Assembly (NCBI GenBank): GCA_965116735.1
Contig: OZ220712.1
Coordinates: forward strand, 4,866,534-4,930,533
DNA: 64,000 nt
From: Thermodesulfobacteriota bacterium
GTDB lineage: Bacteria > Desulfobacterota > Binatia > UBA9968 > JAJDTQ01
Reading direction: 5' to 3'
Part shown: positions 19,736-29,667 of the stretch, one piece after another
Numbering within the stretch: position 1 is the stretch's first letter
Layout: each line of letters opens with the position of its first letter
Made by a program: the position numbers and the translations under genes
Notes under the pieces: model-generated
What the model was told of the DNA's origin: nothing
Seen by the model: only the letters and a program-made list of their open reading frames with translations
Database searches by the model: none

Positions 19736-20020
19736 ATGTCCGCAAAAGAACACAAGGCGAGCGACTACCTCAAGACGCCCGAGGATATCGTTGCCTATCT
19801 GAACGCCGTGATCGAAGAGATGGGCGATGATCCGCGTCTGCTGATGAGGGCGTTTCGTAACGTGGCCGAGGCGCAGGGCGGCGTCTCCGCGCTCGCGCGT
19901 GAAGCCAAGCTGGACCGAGTGGCGCTGTCCCGTGCGCTCTCGGGCCAGAGAAATCCGCGGCTCGACACGCTCGCGAAGGTCTCCGCCGCGTACGGCGTCA
20001 AGTTGCGGTTTTCAACATGA
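19736..20020 (+). CDS. HigA-family addiction-module antidote protein (orphan)
   Basis: The 94-aa product (KTPEDIVAYLNAVIEE...PRLLMRAFRNVAEAQGGVSALAREAKLDRVALSRALSG) has the typical antidote fold. No cognate killer gene lies upstream. Confidence 0.6.
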   Translation: MSAKEHKASDYLKTPEDIVAYLNAVIEEMGDDPRLLMRAFRNVAEAQGGVSALAREAKLDRVALSRALSGQRNPRLDTLAKVSAAYGVKLRFST

Positions 20021-20118
20021 GGGTGAGTCGGTTTCTCGTCAACGACCGAAACGCTTGCGGTATGCACAATAGAGTTGCAATAAACCGTAACAGACGAATC
20101 CAAAGAGGAGGACTTGAT

Positions 20119-20412
20119 ATGTCCATCGTCAGATTGATCCACGTCAACGTCGACCCCGGCCAAGCCGCGGAGGCGGAGCGCATCTGGAAGGAGGATTGCG
20201 GCCCGCGGATGCTCGCTCAGCAGGGCTGCAAGTCCGAGCAATTGCTGAAGTGCATCGATTCCCCGGGGGAATACATCTCCTACGCCGAGTGGGAGAGTCA
20301 GGAAGACATCGACCGCTATCGCGACAGCGAGGACCACAAGGCGATCCAGACACATGCGCGCGCGCTTCAGGGCGCGCGGGCCGTGGTCAAGCGGTACGAT
20401 CCCATCGACTGA
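20119..20412 (+). CDS. antibiotic-biosynthesis-monooxygenase (ABM) domain protein
   Basis: The 97-aa product (MSIVRLIHVNVDPGQ...YISYAEWESQEDIDRYRDSEDHK) has the ABM fold pattern. A strong RBS aggagga lies 8 nt upstream. Confidence 0.7.
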   Translation: MSIVRLIHVNVDPGQAAEAERIWKEDCGPRMLAQQGCKSEQLLKCIDSPGEYISYAEWESQEDIDRYRDSEDHKAIQTHARALQGARAVVKRYDPID

Positions 20413-20456
20413 GTCTTTCTCGGAGGCAGGGATACTGAGTCATCGCTACCTGGTTC

Positions 20457-23378
20457 GTGACGGGGTGGCGGCGAGGAGCATTTCCCATGGCGCGTGAAGT
20501 GCAGGATTACCGGGAGACCGAGGCCGAGCTCCGCAAGCGGGTGGAGGGCGAGGTCCGGTTCGACCACTACTCGCGGCTGCTCTACGCCACCGACGCGTCC
20601 ATCTACCAGATGGAGCCCGTGGGCGTGGTCATTCCGCGGCACAAGGGCGATGTCCAGGCGGTCATGGAGGTGGCCAACCGGCACCGGGTGCCGGTGCTGG
20701 CCCGAGGCGGCGGCACTTCGCTGGCGGGCCAGACCGTGGGCCACGCCATCGTCATGGACTTCTCCAAGTACATGAACCAGGTGCTGGAGACGAACCGGGA
20801 GGAGCTCTGGTGCCGGGTCCAGCCCGGGCTCGTGCAGGACGCGCTGAACGCCCATGCCGCGCCCATGGGGATGCTCTTCGGTCCGGACACCTCCACCTCC
20901 AACCGCGCCACCATCGGCGGCATGATCGGCAACAACTCCGCCGGCGCCCATTCCGTCGTCTACGGCAAGACCCTGGACCACGTGCTGGAGTTGACGGTGC
21001 TCCTGGCGGACGGCAGCGAGGCGGTGCTGACGGACCTCTCGGCGGACGGGCTCGCAGCCAGGCAGGGAGGGAAGGGGCTGGAAAACCGCATCTACCAGCA
21101 GCTCCCGCCGCTGGTGGAATCCGCCGGCAGGCTCATCGCGGAGCGCTACCCCAAGCTCATGCGGAGGGTGTCGGGCTACAACCTCGACGAGTTCACCAAG
21201 GACCAGCCGTTCAACCTCTCGCGCTTGATCGTGGGCTCCGAGGGCACCCTGGCGTGCGTGGTGGAAGCCAAGATGCGGCTGGTGCCCAAGCCGAAGTTCA
21301 CCGCGCTGGACGTCATCCACTTCCACGACCTCCAGGACGCGCTGGGGGTGTCGGAAACCATCCTCGCCACCGACCCCTACGCCATGGAGCTGACCGACAA
21401 GCCCATCCTGGACCTGGCGCGCAACAACATCGAGCAGTCCAAGCGGCTGGGCTTCGTGCAGGGCGACCCCGACGCCATCCTGATGGTGGAGTACGACGGC
21501 GACACCCTCGAGGAGGTCCGCGACAAGGTCGACAAGCTGGAGGTGATCCGCCGGCGCGAGCACATGGGCTATGCCGCCTCCCTCGCCTACGAGCCGCGGG
21601 AGGTGCAGGCGATCTGGGGCGTGCGCAAGGCCGGCCTGGGGCTCCTGCTGGGCGTCAAGGGAGAGAAGAAGCCCATCGCTTTCGTCGAGGACACCGCGGT
21701 GGACCCGGTCAAGCTACCCGAGTTCATCAAGCGTTTCCGCGGCATCCTCAGCAGCCACGGCGTCCGCGCCGGCTACTACGGCCACTGCTCCGTGGGCTGC
21801 ATGCACATCCGCCCCTTCATCAACCTCAAGGAAGCCGGCGAGGTGGAGAAGATGACGCAGATCTCATGCGAGATCTCGGACCTGGTGATGGAGTTCGGCG
21901 GCGCCATGTCCGGCGAGCACGGCGACGGACTGGCCCGGAGCCACCTGAACGAGAAGCTCTTCGGCCCCGAGCTGTACCAGGAGTTCCGCAAGGTCAAGCG
22001 GCTGTTCGACCCGGACAACCTGCTCAACCCCGGCAAGATCGTGGACGCGCCGGCCATGACCGATTCGCTCCGCTACGGCACTTCCTACAAGACCTGGCAG
22101 CCCGACACCATGCTGGACTTCAGCGACCAGGGCGGCTTCGTGGCCGCGGTGGAGATGTGCAACGGCACCGGCGCCTGCCGCAAGACCCTGGGCGGCACCA
22201 TGTGCCCGTCGTACATGGCCACGATGGAGGAGGAGCACTCCACCCGCGGGCGCGCCACCGCGTTCCGGGCCGTGCTCTCCGGCAAGGTGCCCCGTTCGGA
22301 GTTCACCGGCGAGCGGCTCCACGAGGTGCTGGACCTCTGCCTCGAGTGCAAGGGCTGCAAGGCCGAGTGCCCGTCCAACGTGGACATGGCCAAGCTCAAG
22401 TACGAGTTCCTGCACCACTACCAGCAGGTCCACGGCGTCTCGCTTCGGAGCCGCCTGTTCGGCCGCATCGGCGCCCTGAGCCGCTGGGGCTCGCTGCTGG
22501 CGCCGGTCGCGAACCGGATCAACGGCAGCTTCGCCAACCGCTGGCTTCTGGACCGCTTCCTGGGTATTGACCGCAGGCGCCCGCTGCCGAGCTTCGCGCG
22601 CAACAACTTCGAGACATGGTGGAACAAGCGCGATGCCGCGGGAAGCGGCGCCCGCGGCTCGGTGATCCTGTTCCACGACACCTTCAACACCTACAACACG
22701 CCCGACGTGGCGGTGGCGGCCACCCGCCTGCTGGAGTATCTCGGCTACCGGGTGATGACCGTGCCGCGGCGCTGCTGCGGCCGCCCGATGATCTCCAAGG
22801 GCATGCTTCAGGACGCCAAGGACCACGCCGCCTGGAATGTCGCCCGGCTGCTGCCCCACGTGGAGCAGGGAGTGCGGGTGGTGGGCCTGGAGCCCTCCTG
22901 CATCCTGACGCTCCGGGACGAGTACCCCGACCTTCTGCGCAACGAGCCGTCGCGCATGGTGGCGGGCCACACGCTGCTCATCGAGGAGTTGTTGATGCGG
23001 GACGAGGCGGCGGGCGCGTTGAAGAACGGCGACGCCGCCAGGCCGCCGGTGGTGCTGCACGGCCACTGCCACCAGAAGGCGCTGGTGGGCATGGCGCCCA
23101 CGGTCTCGGTGCTGCGGGAAGCGGGCCACGACGTGCGCGAGGTGGATTCCGGCTGCTGCGGCATGGCCGGCTCCTTCGGCTTCGAGAAGGAGCACTACGA
23201 CGTGTCCGTGGCCATCGCCAACCGCCGCCTGGTGCCGGCGGTGGAGGCCGCGCCCGAGGACGCGCGCGTGGTGGCGTCGGGAATCTCCTGCCGGCAGCAG
23301 ATCGAGCACCTCACCGGGCGCCGGGCGCTCCATCCGGTGGAGGTGCTGTGGGAAGACGTCCGGGAAGCCGAGGGCTGA
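20457..23378 (+). CDS. FAD-linked oxidase fused to Fe-S/CCG domains (YdiJ-like dehydrogenase)
   Basis: N-terminal FAD-binding PCMH domain (RGGGTSLAGQ), a C-terminal 4Fe-4S dicluster motif (CxxCxxC...CP) and CCG domains. The ORF is 973 aa; the likely start is MAREVQ at about 20487. Confidence 0.8.
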   Translation: MTGWRRGAFPMAREVQDYRETEAELRKRVEGEVRFDHYSRLLYATDASIYQMEPVGVVIPRHKGDVQAVMEVANRHRVPVLARGGGTSLAGQTVGHAIVMDFSKYMNQVLETNREELWCRVQPGLVQDALNAHAAPMGMLFGPDTSTSNRATIGGMIGNNSAGAHSVVYGKTLDHVLELTVLLADGSEAVLTDLSADGLAARQGGKGLENRIYQQLPPLVESAGRLIAERYPKLMRRVSGYNLDEFTKDQPFNLSRLIVGSEGTLACVVEAKMRLVPKPKFTALDVIHFHDLQDALGVSETILATDPYAMELTDKPILDLARNNIEQSKRLGFVQGDPDAILMVEYDGDTLEEVRDKVDKLEVIRRREHMGYAASLAYEPREVQAIWGVRKAGLGLLLGVKGEKKPIAFVEDTAVDPVKLPEFIKRFRGILSSHGVRAGYYGHCSVGCMHIRPFINLKEAGEVEKMTQISCEISDLVMEFGGAMSGEHGDGLARSHLNEKLFGPELYQEFRKVKRLFDPDNLLNPGKIVDAPAMTDSLRYGTSYKTWQPDTMLDFSDQGGFVAAVEMCNGTGACRKTLGGTMCPSYMATMEEEHSTRGRATAFRAVLSGKVPRSEFTGERLHEVLDLCLECKGCKAECPSNVDMAKLKYEFLHHYQQVHGVSLRSRLFGRIGALSRWGSLLAPVANRINGSFANRWLLDRFLGIDRRRPLPSFARNNFETWWNKRDAAGSGARGSVILFHDTFNTYNTPDVAVAATRLLEYLGYRVMTVPRRCCGRPMISKGMLQDAKDHAAWNVARLLPHVEQGVRVVGLEPSCILTLRDEYPDLLRNEPSRMVAGHTLLIEELLMRDEAAGALKNGDAARPPVVLHGHCHQKALVGMAPTVSVLREAGHDVREVDSGCCGMAGSFGFEKEHYDVSVAIANRRLVPAVEAAPEDARVVASGISCRQQIEHLTGRRALHPVEVLWEDVREAEG

Positions 23379-23385
23379 GGCGGTC

Positions 23386-24609
23386 ATGGGCAGGATCGCG
23401 GCGTTACGCTGTCCGCAGTGCGGCTGGGAGGCGGTAACCGACGACACCTTCGCGTGCGGCTCCTGCGGGGCCGTGCTGGAGGTCCGCATGGACCTCGGAC
23501 ATCTCACCCGCTCTGACGTACGCATCATCCGCTCCAGCGCCGACAAAACCCTGTGGCGCTGGTTCGACTTCTTTCCAGTCAAGAGCCGCGGCTCGGTGGT
23601 GTCCCTGGGCGAGGGCTATACGCCGCTCATGCGTTGCCGGCGCCTGGGCGAGCACCTGGGGATGGAACGGCTCTACGTCAAGAACGACACGCTCCTGCCC
23701 ACGGGCTCCCTCAAGGACCGCAGTAACAGCGTGGGCATCTCCCGCGCGGTGGAGCTGGGCTTCGACACCGTGGCGGTGCCGTCCACCGGCAACGCCGCCG
23801 CGTCGGTGGCCGCCTACGCCGCGGCCGCGGGTTTACGCAGCGTCGTCATGGTGCCGGCCGGCACCGATGCGGCCAAGGTGACCCAGGCCTATGCCTGCGG
23901 CGCCGAGGTGGTGACGGTGGAGGGAAGTCTCGACGAGATCGGGCCGTTCTACCGGGAGGCGGTCAAGGAGTTCGGCTGGTACGATTGTCTGTCCACCAAC
24001 CCGTACCGCAACGAGGGCAAGAAGTCCTACGCCTTCGAGTTGTTCGATCAACTGGAAGAGCACGTGCCCAATTGGATCATCCACCCTACCGCCGGCGGGG
24101 CCGGCCTCGTGGCCATGTGGAAGGGCTACCAGGAGTTGCAAGGCCTCGGCTGGGTGCACCGGTTTCCCAGGCTGGTGGCGGCCCAGAGCGAGGCCGCGGC
24201 CCCCATCACGGCGGCGTTGAACACCAACAGCGCCACGGTGGAGCCGGTGGCAGCGGGCGCCACGGTGGCGGAGAGTATCCGGGTGGGCAACCCGCATGCG
24301 CTGGGGCTGCGCGCCCTGCGCGCGGTGCGGGCCAGCAACGGCACCGGCGTGGCGCTGACGGACGGTGAGACCCTCGAGGCCCGGGACCTGCTGGGGCGTT
24401 TGGCCGGAGTGTTCGCCGAGCCCTCGGCCGCGGTGTCGCTGGCCGCGGCGGCGCGGCTGCGCCGCGAGGGCGTTATCCGCGCCGACGACATGGTCGTGTG
24501 CAACATCACCGGCCACGGCCTCAAGCAGGTCGCCAGCGTCACTATTCCACCGGAGCAACTGCAACCGGTTGAGCCGAGCCTGGACGCCTTGAAGGCGCGG
24601 CTCGGGTGA
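23386..24609 (+). CDS. threonine synthase-like PLP enzyme with N-terminal zinc ribbon
   Basis: N-terminal CPQCGW...CGSCG zinc ribbon. The PLP lysine lies in TGSLKDR, and the fold is TrpB-like. Confidence 0.8.
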   Translation: MGRIAALRCPQCGWEAVTDDTFACGSCGAVLEVRMDLGHLTRSDVRIIRSSADKTLWRWFDFFPVKSRGSVVSLGEGYTPLMRCRRLGEHLGMERLYVKNDTLLPTGSLKDRSNSVGISRAVELGFDTVAVPSTGNAAASVAAYAAAAGLRSVVMVPAGTDAAKVTQAYACGAEVVTVEGSLDEIGPFYREAVKEFGWYDCLSTNPYRNEGKKSYAFELFDQLEEHVPNWIIHPTAGGAGLVAMWKGYQELQGLGWVHRFPRLVAAQSEAAAPITAALNTNSATVEPVAAGATVAESIRVGNPHALGLRALRAVRASNGTGVALTDGETLEARDLLGRLAGVFAEPSAAVSLAAAARLRREGVIRADDMVVCNITGHGLKQVASVTIPPEQLQPVEPSLDALKARLG

Positions 24610-24774
24610 ACGAGGACACGGTTCGGAAATGACTTGGCGCCTTGGACAAGACATTTCCGTTCGCCCTGAGCCCTTCGACGAGGCTCAGGACAGGCGTAGC
24701 GAAGCGAAGTCGAAGAGCGCCGTTTCCAGCTCACCTCATGCGGGATCAGGAATGTCGGAAAGCGAAGGACAGCC

Positions 24775-25815
24775 ATGAAGTTCGGATACTACCTGCTCAA
24801 CACCTACGTTCCCGAGCTGGACGGAGATTCGCGCGAACTCTATGCCCGCTGGCTGGAGCAGATCGACGCCGCCGAGGAAATGGGCTTCGACAGCCTCTGG
24901 GTTACCGAGCACCACTTCCGGCTGTTCGGCGGCATGATGCCCAGTCCGCAGATGCTTCTGTCGGCGGCGTCGCAACGCACCCGGCGGCTCCAACTCGGCT
25001 CGGCGGTCTCGCTGGTGCCCATGCACCACCCGCTGCAGATCGCTGAGGACTACGCCATGCTGGACCTCCTGTCCGGCGGGCGTCTGCTCTTCGGCGCCGG
25101 CCGGGGCATGAGCCCCCACGAGTACGAGGTGTATGGACACGACTGGCCTACCGCGCAGCCGCGGCTGGTGGAGGCACTGGACGTCATCCGCATGGCCTGG
25201 ACCGAGGAGACCGTGGAGTGGGACGGGGAGTTCTTCAGCTACCACGGCATGACCGTCCGGCCCAGGCCGCACCAGCAGCCCCATCCGCCCATCTACGTGC
25301 CCGCCAACCGGGACCTCGACAACTTCCGCATGATCGGAAGCCACGGCTACCACCTCATGACCCTGCCGTGGATCGGCAGCAACCAGGAGCAGCGTCCGCG
25401 CATCGAGGTCTACCTGGAAAGCCTGCGGGAAGCGGGCTACTCCGAGGAAGACCACGACGTCTTCGTCATGTACCCGATCTACGTGGGCGAGGACGACGAC
25501 CGGGCTCGCGCCGAGGTGGAGGACGCCTGGCACCGTTGGCGCGAGTTCGCCCTCGACGAGGTCCGCCTCGACCCCGCCCGCGCGCCCATGGTGGACAGGA
25601 TCTACGGGCGCCTGGCCTACGACATGATGGTGCAGGACAACCGCGGCGTCTTCGGCGGCCCCGACACCTGCATCCAGCACCTCAAGGTCATCATCGATGT
25701 CGTCGGCCCCAAACACATCGGACTGTGCTTCCACTTCGGCGGCCTCAAGCAGGACAAGGTCCTCGCCTCCATGGAGCGCTTCAGCCGCCACGTGGCGCCG
25801 GCGTTCGAGGTCTAG
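24775..25815 (+). CDS. LLM-class (luciferase-like) flavin/F420-dependent oxidoreductase
   Basis: The 346-aa product has FDSLWVTEHH near the N-terminus and a TIM-barrel LLM pattern. Confidence 0.8.
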   Translation: MKFGYYLLNTYVPELDGDSRELYARWLEQIDAAEEMGFDSLWVTEHHFRLFGGMMPSPQMLLSAASQRTRRLQLGSAVSLVPMHHPLQIAEDYAMLDLLSGGRLLFGAGRGMSPHEYEVYGHDWPTAQPRLVEALDVIRMAWTEETVEWDGEFFSYHGMTVRPRPHQQPHPPIYVPANRDLDNFRMIGSHGYHLMTLPWIGSNQEQRPRIEVYLESLREAGYSEEDHDVFVMYPIYVGEDDDRARAEVEDAWHRWREFALDEVRLDPARAPMVDRIYGRLAYDMMVQDNRGVFGGPDTCIQHLKVIIDVVGPKHIGLCFHFGGLKQDKVLASMERFSRHVAPAFEV

Positions 25816-25868
25816 CCCGCGCGCACCGCCATCCCGGGGAGGCAACCCCGTGAAGGTAGTCTGTGCTT

Positions 25869-26726
25869 TCAGGGATACTTCGCCGGGACGAAGGTCTGGT
25901 CCGTGATGGGCGGGCGGACGTAGGCGCCGGCATCCGTCCGTTTCGGCAGCTTGATCGGTTCGGGCGTCAAGTCCTGATGGGGGATCAGGCTCAGCAGGTG
26001 GCTGATGCAGTTCAGCCGCGCGTGCTTCTTCACGTCCGCCTCGACCACGTACCACGGCGCCTGCTTGATGTCGGTGTGGGCGAACATCTCGTCCTTCGCT
26101 CTCGAATAGTCGACCCAGCGCCGCCGTGATTCCAGGTCCATCGGGCTCAGCTTCCAGCGTTTGTGCTTGGCTTTGAGCCGGCTCTGGAAGCGCCGCTCCT
26201 GTTCCTCGTCGGCGATCGAGAACCAGTACTTGATCAGTATGATTCCGGAGCGCACCAGCATGCGCTCGAACTCCGGGCAGCTACGCAGGAACTCCTGGTA
26301 TTCCTCGTTGGTGCAAAAGCCCATGACCCGCTCGACCCCAGCGCGGTTGTACCAACTGCGGTCGAACAGCACCATCTCTCCAGCGGCCGGCAGATGGGGA
26401 ACGTAACGCTGAAAGTACCACTGGGTCTGCTCGCGCTCGGTGGGCGCCGGCAACGCCACCACGCGGCAGATCCGGGGGCTCAGGTGCTGGGTGATGCGCT
26501 TGATGACGCCGCCCTTGCCCGCCGCGTCGCGACCCTCGAACAGCACCACCACCTTGAGCCCGTTTTGCTTGATCCATTCGAGCATGGTCACGAGCTCGAT
26601 CTGGAGCCTGAGAAGGTCCTTCTCGTAACGTCTGTTGTCGATTTTCTTCGGCCGAGGCGCGGCCGCGCCGGCGCCGTCACCGACCGAGTCCTTCGTCTTC
26701 TTCTCATGCTTGTTCGTCTTGGCCAT
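25869..26726 (-). CDS. ppk2: polyphosphate kinase 2
   Basis: Walker A FEGRDAAGKGG and PPK2 motifs (WYFQRYVPHLP, FDRSWY). The start is MAKTNK. Confidence 0.85.
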   Translation of the reverse strand: MAKTNKHEKKTKDSVGDGAGAAAPRPKKIDNRRYEKDLLRLQIELVTMLEWIKQNGLKVVVLFEGRDAAGKGGVIKRITQHLSPRICRVVALPAPTEREQTQWYFQRYVPHLPAAGEMVLFDRSWYNRAGVERVMGFCTNEEYQEFLRSCPEFERMLVRSGIILIKYWFSIADEEQERRFQSRLKAKHKRWKLSPMDLESRRRWVDYSRAKDEMFAHTDIKQAPWYVVEADVKKHARLNCISHLLSLIPHQDLTPEPIKLPKRTDAGAYVRPPITDQTFVPAKYP

Positions 26727-26857
26727 GTCTGCTCCTTTGAACGCACATGAATGCATCGCGCGGGCGACTCGCGAAGCCAGAAATACTCGAAAAGCAGGTT
26801 GCTTGTCCAGGACAGCAAGGTCTGCTCGGACGGGTCTGCCGTGCTGGTTCGAGGCAC

Positions 26858-26883
26858 GGGCCGGTTGGAAACCCGCCCCTACA
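26858..26883. repeat. REP-like element family 1, variant copy
   Basis: gggccggttggaaacccgcccctaca lies in the divergent ppk2/argS intergenic region. Confidence 0.65.
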
Positions 26884-26974
26884 CCTGATTGTCCATGCCT
26901 CCCTGCTCAGGCGCGGGGCTTTGTGTTAGACTCGGCGGGATGATCTCGACGGGAAGCATGGGACGGGTTGCGTC

Positions 26975-28675
26975 ATGAGGGTCGAGGACTTCCGCGGGGA
27001 GGCGGCCCGGGTCATCGCCCGGCACGCGGAGCTCGAGAGCGACGCGGTGGAGCGCATGCTGACGGTGCCGCCGAAGCCGGACATGGGCGATTTCGCGTTC
27101 CCGTGCTTCACCCTCGCCAAGAAGCTGCGCAAGGCCCCGCCGGTCATCGCGAAAGAGATCGCCGAGAAGGCGGCCGGAGAGCTGGAGCTGCTGCGCGGCG
27201 CCCAGGCCCTGGGCGGCTACGTGAACTTGTCGGTGGACCGGACGCGCTACGCCGAGGCGGTGCTGCGCGAGGCGGTCACGGCGGGCGAGGCGTACGGCTG
27301 CAGCCGGGACGGCGCCGGCCACACCGTCGCCATCGACTACTCCTCCCCCAACATCGCCAAGCCCTTCCACGTGGGCCACCTGCGCTCCACCATCATCGGC
27401 GGCGCCCTGGTGCGCATCTTCGAGGCCCTCGGCCACAAGGTCGTGGGCATCAACCACGTGGGCGACTGGGGGACCCAGTTCGGCAGGCAGATCGTGGGCC
27501 TCAAGCGGTTCGGAAGGCCCGAGGACGCCGACGACCTCATGAGCCTCAACCGCCTGTACGTCAAGTTCCACGAGGAGGCGGACGGCGCCCCGGAGCTGGT
27601 GGAGGAGGCACGGGAATGGTTCCGCCGCCAGGAGGCCGGGGACGAGGTGGCGCTGGCGCTGTGGCGCAGGATCCGCGACACCAGCCTCGACTACTTCAAG
27701 CAGATATACGAACGGCTCGGCGTGCGTTTCGATTCCTACACGGGCGAGTCGTTCTTCAACGACAAGATGGACGCGGTCATCGAGGAAGCCCGCGCCAAGG
27801 GCCTGGCCACGGTGTCGGAAGGGGCGCTCATCATCGACCTGTCGGCGGAGGGCATCGACACACCGGCCCTGCTGGAGAAGGCCGACGGCACCACCCTCTA
27901 CCTCACCCGGGACGTGGCCGCCGCCCGGTACCGGCACGACACCTACGGCTGCGACCGCATCGTGTACGTGGTGGCGAGCGGCCAGTCGCTGCACTTCCGG
28001 CAGCTCTTCGCCGTGTTGAAGCTGCTCGGCCACCCCTGGGCCGAGGACTGCGTGCACGTGAACTTCGGGCTGGTCCAGGGCATGTCAACCCGCAAGGGCA
28101 ACGTCATCTACCTGGAGGAGCTGCTGGACGAGGCACGGGACCGGGCGCTGGCGTACATGCGCGGCCAGATCGAAAAGCGGCTCGACCTCGACGACGAGGA
28201 GACCGTGGCCGAGGCCGTCGGCATCGCCGCCATTTTCTTCGCGGACTTGTCCAAGCAGCGGATCAAGGACTACCGTTTCGACTGGGACCTGGCCATCTCC
28301 TTCGACGGCGACACCGGCCCCTACCTGATGAGCGCCCATGCCCGCATCGCCGGCATCCTGCGGAACTGCGGCCTCGATCCGGACCCGGATGCCGACGCCG
28401 CTCCGCTGGCGGAACCCGAGGCCCATCGGCTGGTGAGCCTGGTGGCCCGCTACCCCGACGTGCTGCGTGAAGCGGGCCGCCTCTACGAGCCCTCCGTGCT
28501 CGCCAACTACCTGCTGGAGCTGGCCCGCGGCCTGCACTCGAGCTACGCGGTCCTTCGGGTCAAGGGAGAGGAGGCCGGCAAGGCACAGGCCCGGCTGCTG
28601 CTCTTTACCGCGGTGAAGCAGGTGCTCCACAGCGGCCTCACGATCCTCGGCATCCAGCCCCTGGAGCGCATGTAG
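26975..28675 (+). CDS. argS: arginine--tRNA ligase
   Basis: The 566-aa product has a class I HIGH region (PNIAKPFHVGHLRS) and the ArgS anticodon-binding C-terminus. Confidence 0.92.
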   Translation: MRVEDFRGEAARVIARHAELESDAVERMLTVPPKPDMGDFAFPCFTLAKKLRKAPPVIAKEIAEKAAGELELLRGAQALGGYVNLSVDRTRYAEAVLREAVTAGEAYGCSRDGAGHTVAIDYSSPNIAKPFHVGHLRSTIIGGALVRIFEALGHKVVGINHVGDWGTQFGRQIVGLKRFGRPEDADDLMSLNRLYVKFHEEADGAPELVEEAREWFRRQEAGDEVALALWRRIRDTSLDYFKQIYERLGVRFDSYTGESFFNDKMDAVIEEARAKGLATVSEGALIIDLSAEGIDTPALLEKADGTTLYLTRDVAAARYRHDTYGCDRIVYVVASGQSLHFRQLFAVLKLLGHPWAEDCVHVNFGLVQGMSTRKGNVIYLEELLDEARDRALAYMRGQIEKRLDLDDEETVAEAVGIAAIFFADLSKQRIKDYRFDWDLAISFDGDTGPYLMSAHARIAGILRNCGLDPDPDADAAPLAEPEAHRLVSLVARYPDVLREAGRLYEPSVLANYLLELARGLHSSYAVLRVKGEEAGKAQARLLLFTAVKQVLHSGLTILGIQPLERM

Positions 28676-28678
28676 CCC

Positions 28679-29407
28679 GTGAAGTTCCTGCTGACCAACG
28701 ACGACGGCATCGACGCGCCCGGCCTCGAGGTGCTGGAGCGGGCCGTGCGCGAATGGGGCGAGGTCGTTGTGGTGGCGCCGGCGGAGGTTCAGTCCGGCGT
28801 GGGCCACAAAGTCACCACGGACCGGCCCATCGCCGTGGAGCGCACCGATGACGGATGGTACAGCGTCCGGGCCAGCCCCGCGGACTGCGTCCGGATCGGC
28901 CTCACGGAGATCGCGCCGGATGCCTCCTGGGTGCTGTCGGGCGTCAACCGCGGAGCGAACCTGGGCGCCGACATCTACACCTCGGGCACCGTGGCGGCGG
29001 CCCGCGAGGCCGCGCTGCTGGGCTGCCGCTCCCTCGCCATCTCACAGTACGTGGCCAAGGGACGGCCGGTGGACTGGGAAGTCACGCACCGCCGGGCAGC
29101 GCCGGTGCTGAGAAGGATGCTCGCCGGCGAGTTGGCCAAGGGCGAGTTCTGGAACGTGAACCTGCCGCACCCGCCCACCGACGGGGCCGTGGACCTGGCG
29201 TTCTGCGCCCTGGACACCAAGCCCCTCGGCGTGGCCTACCGGAAGGAAGAAGGGGCGTTCGTCTACGATGCGGTGTACCAGGAACGCCCGCGGCAGCCGG
29301 GCCGGGACGTGGACGTGTGCCTGGGCGGGCGCGTGGCGGTGACGAAGCTGGTGCTGGACATCGCCGGGGAGGCAGTGAACCCCTCGGAAGAAGGACTCTT
29401 GCCGTGA
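28679..29407 (+). CDS. surE: 5'/3'-nucleotidase SurE
   Basis: GTG start. VKFLLTNDDGIDAPG is the SurE N-terminal signature. Confidence 0.85.
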   Translation: MKFLLTNDDGIDAPGLEVLERAVREWGEVVVVAPAEVQSGVGHKVTTDRPIAVERTDDGWYSVRASPADCVRIGLTEIAPDASWVLSGVNRGANLGADIYTSGTVAAAREAALLGCRSLAISQYVAKGRPVDWEVTHRRAAPVLRRMLAGELAKGEFWNVNLPHPPTDGAVDLAFCALDTKPLGVAYRKEEGAFVYDAVYQERPRQPGRDVDVCLGGRVAVTKLVLDIAGEAVNPSEEGLLP

Positions 29408-29667
29408 ACTATGTCGACGTTTTTCGGACGGTGGACGTGTCCACCCTGGCCGTCGTCAAGTCCGTCCTGGACAGCGCCGGCATCACCTACGTCGTGCAAG
29501 GCGAGTCGGCGTTGACTCTGCTGCCGGTGGGCCCCTTGTGGGGCGGCTTCGGCTCGGCCGGCGTGGCCGCGGTGATCCAGGTGCCGGAAGACGAGGCCGA
29601 AGAGGCCCTGGAGTTGCTGCAAGAAGTCACCGAACCGGAAGAAACCGACCCGGAAGGCGACGATTAA
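29404..29667 (+). CDS. DUF2007-like small protein
   Basis: GTG start with a GTGA overlap onto the surE stop. The product is 87 aa with an acidic C-terminus. Confidence 0.45.
   Translation: MNYVDVFRTVDVSTLAVVKSVLDSAGITYVVQGESALTLLPVGPLWGGFGSAGVAAVIQVPEDEAEEALELLQEVTEPEETDPEGDD

Noticed and set aside
24736-28057. 439-aa and 392-aa minus-strand ORFs opposite the LLM oxidoreductase and argS
   Set aside because: They are antisense artefacts of high GC. The sense-strand genes have strong family signatures.
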